DNA of 64,000 bases, from NCBI GenBank assembly GCA_020184695.1, contig JAANOX010000278.1:124001-188000 (forward strand), read 5' to 3'. Below, piece after piece: positions 57,881-64,000 of the stretch (the first letter of the stretch is position 1; every line of letters begins with the position of its first letter). The notes below the pieces were generated by a model. The model searched no databases and was not told the origin of the DNA. It saw only the letters and a list, made by a program, of their open reading frames with translations. This DNA comes from Histomonas meleagridis 2922-C6/04-290x. Taxonomy: Eukaryota > Protista > Parabasalia. Both the position numbers and the translations under genes were made by a program.

Positions 57881-59317
57881 TTATTTTGCAAAATATGGAA
57901 GAAAGCGTTGATCAAAATGTTCATATCCATAAACTAATGGACTCCATAAATAAAAAATGACAACTGTAATAATATTTAACAATGGAAGAACAAATCCATA
58001 AACACTTTCATTAAATTCTGTTTCAATAAAAAGCGCTAAAAGCCAAAGACCAAAAAGATCTGATATTTCATAATCGCAAATTGCACGTTCATTTAACCCT
58101 TGAATATAATAAATTAAACAAATAACATAACCAACACAAAGTTTATCAAGCGGTCTTTCAATTCGATGGCGAATGAGCATTTTAAGAATCAAATAAATTA
58201 CAATAAGAAATATTATCCCCCAAACAATAAAATTACCAAATGATGAAACAAATCGATTCATTTGTGTCCATAAAATATTCCATTTACATCCCATAATTGG
58301 CCATAAATACCATTCAGATTTATCAACAAATGTTAATTGACGTAATCGAAACATTTCTTTAATAAGTTCAATGCTGTGTCGAAGAATTAATTTATGTTGA
58401 ATATTATAAATTTGTCCTGGTGAAAGTAATGTGTCTTGATATTCTTGTGGTAATGACCAAGAATGCTCTGATTTATATGGCTCTGATATAACTTGAATAG
58501 AAAATGAGATAAAAAAGATAAAAATTGGAATAATAATTCCTGTTAAAAGAAGTCGAAGACGAAATTGACTAAATAATAATGAAAAGATGCAAACTCCAAA
58601 AGCATTCAGATTCGTTGACAATGAAAATCCTGAAAAAATAACTGAAATTAAATATAATATACTGTGATAAATACTTCCAACTTTAAAATGTGTAGAAAGT
58701 GATGAAAAAAGTACTGAAACTGAAATAAAAAATTGTAAAAGTCCATCTGTAAAACAATGTCGGCCAAGCGAAATCAATAAGAAATCAAACATTACAAAAA
58801 GTCCTGTCGAAAATGATGTAAAACGATTACCCCCAAAACTTCGAACTATAAAATATGAAATTGGAATCGTTAATGTTGAAAAAAATGCAGGAATAGAACG
58901 AAGTGAAACATATTTCATATTATGATATGTATAATTATATTCTGTTCGTGGCATTTCATACGAAAGATCATACTCCGAAAATTTCGCTAACTGTGATAAA
59001 ATATAACTTCCAAATGGTGGTTGTTTATCAACATATAAAGATCCATTAAGAAACGAATTAAGAACATGAATTTGGTTACTTTCAAATGAAACTAGATGTC
59101 GTGGATATTGAATAATCCAAAATCGACTAAATGTACCTAATATAACAAGAATCATAATTAAAAATACATCATAACCATTCCAATGAAAAGGAGTTAAAAG
59201 TGGGTTTGAAATACTTGAAATAACTTCTTTTTTAATTCCTTGAGGAGGATTATTTTCTTTCTCTTTCTCTTTCGAATTTTTCTTTTCTTCAATAAGAACT
59301 GGTTTTTTGCTCCTCAT
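57881..59317 (-). CDS. Protein O-mannosyltransferase-like (PMT/GT39) membrane protein without MIR domains
   Basis: RFWIIQYPRHLV..DKQPPFG, SEWYLWPIM, SFGNFIVWG and C-terminal FYLWSPLVYG. Confidence 0.78.
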   Translation of the reverse strand: MRSKKPVLIEEKKNSKEKEKENNPPQGIKKEVISSISNPLLTPFHWNGYDVFLIMILVILGTFSRFWIIQYPRHLVSFESNQIHVLNSFLNGSLYVDKQPPFGSYILSQLAKFSEYDLSYEMPRTEYNYTYHNMKYVSLRSIPAFFSTLTIPISYFIVRSFGGNRFTSFSTGLFVMFDFLLISLGRHCFTDGLLQFFISVSVLFSSLSTHFKVGSIYHSILYLISVIFSGFSLSTNLNAFGVCIFSLLFSQFRLRLLLTGIIIPIFIFFISFSIQVISEPYKSEHSWSLPQEYQDTLLSPGQIYNIQHKLILRHSIELIKEMFRLRQLTFVDKSEWYLWPIMGCKWNILWTQMNRFVSSFGNFIVWGIIFLIVIYLILKMLIRHRIERPLDKLCVGYVICLIYYIQGLNERAICDYEISDLFGLWLLALFIETEFNESVYGFVLPLLNIITVVIFYLWSPLVYGYEHFDQRFLPYFAK

Positions 59318-59502
59318 TTTTCTTTTATTAATAGAACGTTTATCCTTAGTAAACGGTCGTCATAAACATAAATTTAAAAATAAAATTATTATTAAATATT
59401 ATTTATTCTGTTTTTAAATGATTCTTTTTACTTTTACTTTGGAATAAATGAAAAATTGTAATCGTGGAATTATCAACTGCATGACACATCTTCCCAAATA
59501 CA

Positions 59503-59850
59503 TTAGAAAGGACTTGCGTGACATGTAATTGTTTTTCTTTTATCAACACATTGACATGTAACACTATCTGCAAATTCAATAGCTCTTATAAATCCATTCT
59601 TGATTATTTGACATGAAGATGTTTCGTCTTTATTATTGATGTTTATTTTTTCTTCTTCTTTTTGATTCTCTTTTTGTTCTTGTTGTTCATCATTTTCATC
59701 AAATGAAATGAGATTTATTTCTTCTTGTTGTGTTTCTATTTTTTCTTGTGAAGGTATTTCTGTTACATTATCTGTTGTAACATCAATTTCAGCATTTGCA
59801 AGAAGTGGTTCTTCCATTGACATCAAAATAAAAATGAAGTAATTCTCCAA
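59503..59850 (-). CDS. Hypothetical acidic protein, right copy (frameshift near 59530)
   Basis: Mirror of 49484-49930; its coding sequence would extend to ~59405 without the frameshift. Confidence 0.55.
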   Translation of the reverse strand: MENYFIFILMSMEEPLLANAEIDVTTDNVTEIPSQEKIETQQEEINLISFDENDEQQEQKENQKEEEKININNKDETSSCQIIKNGFIRAIEFADSVTCQCVDKRKTITCHASPF

Positions 59851-60099
59851 TCTTTGTTTCGTATAGAAATTTTCACCGATTCACCGTTAATCAATCTCAA
59901 TTTTGATCTGAATCGATTAGAAAAATTGAATGTTTCAAAATTTGTCCCGGTAATGAATTAAAAGCGATGAATAAGTTGATTAAGTTCTTTAAAATTAAAC
60001 ATAAATAAAAAGCAAATTCTTAAAGGTTGTGAAAAGAATTTTTTGTCAGTCACATAATTAAATATTTTTAGTTAATTTACATATTTTTTATTAAATTTT

Positions 60100-62565
60100 T
60101 CATTCTTTCGAAAACAATAACTGAAATTTTATACCATCGCCACCGCTATAATTTTCTTCAAGTTTATCTCTTATTTCTTGATGATTTTTCAAGAATATTT
60201 TTAAGAATGCGATTATTCCTTTTATGGTAACCTCATCTAATTTCAAATGAATTTGTTTTCTTTTTGTTAAAAATATCACATCAATTAATTTGTCACAAAT
60301 TAATTCGATGTGATTCTGTAACAATTCGATATTCTTTAGCACGTCCATACTCAAAGAAATCAAATCTTTTAAGATTTTTGGTATTGTATAAAATGAAAAC
60401 TGTAAACAATTTTCAAACAAATTATCAATGTTTTCATTTTGATAATTAATAATTTGCTTCTTTAATAACAATAAAATTATTTTTGTAACAAATGGTAATA
60501 TATTTTCTTCTTCATCTTTATCATCGTCATCGTCATCTTCCTCTTCATAACCTGAATTATATTGGAAAGATGGAAGTGTGAAAATTAAATCATTAAAATC
60601 ATTTATAAAATCTGAATAATTTTCGACTATCAAAGCTAAAGACTCTGCAATTAAAGCAAGTTCAGAACTAAATGTATAGTCTAAAAAGTGCACAGGCTTA
60701 ACCAAAAATTTATAAATTATATTTATATTTTCTTGGGAATCAATTTTATAATTTTTCAAAATTTCAACAACAGGATTCAAAACGTTCAAAAGCATTGAAT
60801 TTTGAACGGAGTAAAGCCAAGAAATTATCTTATCGACGAGGAATCCACTTTTTGAAGGGAAGACTCTAATAAAAGCAGCGTAAAGTAAAAACAAAAATTC
60901 ATTTAAAGATGAATTCATATAAGGAGGATAATTTCTTAATATATAAAATGATCCATTTATAGAATCTTGAATAAACGGGACAAATAAATCCCCGTCAACT
61001 TTTTTACTTAAGATAATTTTCGTTAAAAGATTACAAAATGAAACAAAAGTGTTCTTCGTCGAAACATAATTCGCCATTTTCCGAACAACAGTAATTATTA
61101 GACTTAATTTATCTGCTTCGATTAGATCAATAAGGTTAAGAATGGAGTTAGAAAGTACTAATTGAGCTTTAGCTATACGTGAAGAACATAAAGGTAATAT
61201 ACAATTAAACGATTTTAATGCAAATGATTGAAATGGTTTATTCTTTGTAATTAAACTTAAACAGAATAATATATAGTAACGATTAGTTTGATCAAACGAA
61301 GGATTATTAACATTATTAATTATATCATTTATATGATTTTGTATGATATTAATAGAGAATTTACTATTTAAACATGACGCACCTGCAAATAATGAAATGG
61401 TTCCAATTGTAATTCCGTTTTCTTTTATGAAATCATTTGAATATTCGATATCATCCTCGAAAATATCATAACAATCAATGGTATCAATAATAAAACTTAA
61501 TAATAACAAACAATTATCCTTTAAATAAATTGGTGAATTTTTATCGTGAATAACTTTATGAATATAATTAATTAAAACTTTTATTTCTTGTTTTGTTTTT
61601 GGTTTGTTTTCATTGTTATTGAAATCTAAAGGTTCATTTTCATCTTCTTCAAGTTCTTCAACTTCACTGATAGCTAAAATATAATGTTTAATAAGATGAT
61701 TATATTTATGAAGTCGATCCTTTGATATGTTTGGCATTATTGTTAATAATGATTCAATCGAAATCGGCGAAATGATTGTTAATGAATCAATTAATGTTTT
61801 CATCGATTGTGTAACAAGATAAAATAACGAAGGATCTTGCGTAGTTAATAAATTAACTAATATATCAAATATTGAATCGGAAATAGCATTCGAATCATCA
61901 TAAAAATAATCAGAATAAATCTTTAATAATATGCAGCCAATGCCTTGATTTAATGGATCACCCTTAAGTAATCGTTTTATGGTTTTAAAGAGAGTGGGCA
62001 AATAATTGTCGTTTTCTAATAACGTTTTTGATATTAATGCATACGATAACATCGCTCCGGGCGATTCTTTATCTTTGATGTATTGCAAAAATTCTTCAAT
62101 TAATCCAGATGAATAAGAACGATCAGAAAGAATAGTTTCAGTAAGGTCGTTGATTTCATGATATGGAATGTCTGAGGGAGTTTTTAAAATTGAATCAAAT
62201 ATTGTGACAAAAGATTTTAATATGATGAAACAATCAAAGGTATTCAAAAATGTTGATATATAAAGTAGAGGAAATATTAACTTGAGTTGGTCATTTGGAG
62301 ATAAAGATTCATTTTGAAGTGAAATGATGTCTTTTTGAATTTGGGGGTCTATGTTCGTTACTTCATCAGGATTTTCATCGCAGTACCTAGTAATATATGG
62401 CAAAATGGGAATTATTTGTTCAACATCAGATGTTTGTGAATAAAATTCCCTAATTAAGGACTGAGTATCAAATGTTTCAATTTGATCTGTGTCATCAGAG
62501 AAGTCAGATGAGACAAAGGCATTAATTAATTTCTGGAATATTTCTGGGATTTTCTTTCCAGACAT
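60100..62565 (-). CDS. Large alpha-solenoid (HEAT/ARM-like) protein of unknown function
   Basis: About 820 aa intact L/I/S-rich helical ORF with acidic loops. Start placed at MSGKK (62565); the ATG at 62586 is an alternative. Confidence 0.6.
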   Translation of the reverse strand: MSGKKIPEIFQKLINAFVSSDFSDDTDQIETFDTQSLIREFYSQTSDVEQIIPILPYITRYCDENPDEVTNIDPQIQKDIISLQNESLSPNDQLKLIFPLLYISTFLNTFDCFIILKSFVTIFDSILKTPSDIPYHEINDLTETILSDRSYSSGLIEEFLQYIKDKESPGAMLSYALISKTLLENDNYLPTLFKTIKRLLKGDPLNQGIGCILLKIYSDYFYDDSNAISDSIFDILVNLLTTQDPSLFYLVTQSMKTLIDSLTIISPISIESLLTIMPNISKDRLHKYNHLIKHYILAISEVEELEEDENEPLDFNNNENKPKTKQEIKVLINYIHKVIHDKNSPIYLKDNCLLLLSFIIDTIDCYDIFEDDIEYSNDFIKENGITIGTISLFAGASCLNSKFSINIIQNHINDIINNVNNPSFDQTNRYYILFCLSLITKNKPFQSFALKSFNCILPLCSSRIAKAQLVLSNSILNLIDLIEADKLSLIITVVRKMANYVSTKNTFVSFCNLLTKIILSKKVDGDLFVPFIQDSINGSFYILRNYPPYMNSSLNEFLFLLYAAFIRVFPSKSGFLVDKIISWLYSVQNSMLLNVLNPVVEILKNYKIDSQENINIIYKFLVKPVHFLDYTFSSELALIAESLALIVENYSDFINDFNDLIFTLPSFQYNSGYEEEDDDDDDKDEEENILPFVTKIILLLLKKQIINYQNENIDNLFENCLQFSFYTIPKILKDLISLSMDVLKNIELLQNHIELICDKLIDVIFLTKRKQIHLKLDEVTIKGIIAFLKIFLKNHQEIRDKLEENYSGGDGIKFQLLFSKE

Positions 62566-62692
62566 AATAGGGGTACCCCATTTCAATTAACCGTCAATGA
62601 ATAAAAAACCGTTTATTATCAATTGACTTTAAATCATCATTTTCGGGAATTACTGATTTAAGCCACAGCTTAGGGCTGATAAATGGTAAGTT

Positions 62693-62722
<30 letters not shown>
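62693..62722. repeat. (TA)n microsatellite
   Basis: About 15 TA units with one G interruption. Confidence 0.9.
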
Positions 62723-62723
<1 letters not shown>

Positions 62724-62889
62724 TATGATTATTTACAATTCAACAAATGAAAACAGTTGTATCTATATTAAAAATATGATCTTTTTATTTGTTTGCTAAA
62801 AACTATTTATAGGTGCCTACTTTAGTTTCAAATTTTCAAATCGGAAAAAAATCATTTTACTATTTTTACTAATGTCTCATTTATTCAAA

Positions 62890-64000
62890 TTATATTTGAA
62901 CAATAAATTTCTCATCATTAAAATCATCTGCAAATGGGTCTTCTTCGATGTTTTTATTTGACATTCCTCCTATAAATGTATTTGCACTTTCATTATTTTC
63001 TTCGTCATTATCATTTTCATAAATTATGTTATTACTTATTTGTTTATTATTTCGAATACGAATTATTATTTCAATGAGAACGATAATTACAATTACTATT
63101 ATAATGGAAACGCATACAGAGATAATAATTATATTTTTATTCATATCATCAGATTGTAATTGTTCATTTGTATATATAATAGTGAAGAAATTGGAGTAAT
63201 AACTATAAATCACTGTGTATATAACTATTGTGTAATCATAAAAGATAAATTCCGTTTTAATATAAACATTCGATGAATTAACAATACAAAGCGAATATGT
63301 ATTTCTTTGCGTAACATAAAATGATAATGTTTGCGTAATTGATAGTGAATATGCTAACCAAACTGTTAAAGACAAAGTTATATTAAGTAGAAATGAATTT
63401 GTTATTGTATTTAAGTGAGAAAATTTAAGTGATTCAGTAAATGTACTTGATTTAGTAAATGTACTTGATTTAGTAAATGTACTTGATTTGGTATATGTGT
63501 TTGATTTAGTATATGTATTTGTTGATATTTCCATGAAGAAATGCGATGTATTACTAAGTTTTCCATAGTTATCAATTAATATGACATGTATATAAACATT
63601 TTCATTTAAAATATCTGCAATAATTCTTTTTGTTATACTTGTATTATTTAAATTTACTAAGGTTAAAATTGTTGAATCATTGTTATCAATGATATAATAA
63701 TATTCTGTTGCAAATGATGTTAAATTAAAAAGAATTTCGTCTGATTCATATATTGTACCATTTGATGAATTTCCAATAACTTTATAAAAAATTGTTTCGG
63801 TTTCATTATTTGTGCTTAATTCAACAGTTCTATATCCTAATGTTGTAATGTTTGGAGATTTTAATTTAGGCGTTTCAATAGAATTATCATATGCATATTG
63901 AAGCGTTGTCTTCTGATATAAGTAGTATATAGTATTTGCAAGAAGTTGTCTTTCATATAGAGTAGCACTTGCAAATGTATGACCTGTTTGAATCATAGCT
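62890..64000 (-). CDS. Type I surface protein, 3' part (5' end probably outside the window)
   Basis: (TFTKSS)-type stalk repeats, a conserved beta-rich juxtamembrane segment, a TM helix and the tail EEDPFADDFNDEKFIVQI. Confidence 0.8.
   Translation of the reverse strand, partial: AMIQTGHTFASATLYERQLLANTIYYLYQKTTLQYAYDNSIETPKLKSPNITTLGYRTVELSTNNETETIFYKVIGNSSNGTIYESDEILFNLTSFATEYYYIIDNNDSTILTLVNLNNTSITKRIIADILNENVYIHVILIDNYGKLSNTSHFFMEISTNTYTKSNTYTKSSTFTKSSTFTKSSTFTESLKFSHLNTITNSFLLNITLSLTVWLAYSLSITQTLSFYVTQRNTYSLCIVNSSNVYIKTEFIFYDYTIVIYTVIYSYYSNFFTIIYTNEQLQSDDMNKNIIIISVCVSIIIVIVIIVLIEIIIRIRNNKQISNNIIYENDNDEENNESANTFIGGMSNKNIEEDPFADDFNDEKFIVQI

Larger units (their letters stand above)
49335..59999. 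repeat. Palindrome 2: inverted arms 49335-53698 and 55274-59999 with a 1575-bp unique spacer
   Basis: Four genes are mirrored in reverse order. The left arm lacks 334 bp present at 56154-56487 and has many small indels. Confidence 0.95.

Overview
AT-rich, compact eukaryotic DNA from a parabasalid (trichomonad-type) protist. Support: an IBP39-type initiator-binding-domain gene, BspA-like surface proteins, Inr/M3/M5-like core promoter motifs and no recognisable introns. The species cannot be named from sequence alone. Housekeeping genes include ATG9, an Arf, 14-3-3, RPL35, NSF, RasGEF, a SUC/SLC45 transporter, RPL13, a PFK-like gene, DBP7, RPS14, a saposin, CHD, RPC34 and Rab11. They are interspersed with decayed DNA transposons (MULE, a Tc1-type MITE, an IS481/rve-type integrase, and a DD34E Tc1 transposase with a C-terminal Myb domain) and BspA remnants. 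The most unusual structure is two adjacent gene-bearing palindromes at 45135-49021 and 49335-59999. In the first, the arms are near-identical but the 5' coding ends in the spacer are old and diverged. Other highlights: a GGGGTACCCC element upstream of ribosome-related genes, probable pseudoenzymes (PFK, PMT), a shared C-terminal anchor cassette on surface proteins, and perfect hairpins next to the integrase and next to a long (ATT)n tract. Many homopolymer frameshifts suggest unpolished long-read sequence, so pseudogene calls and the palindromes need read-level checks. All calls are by eye; no searches were run.
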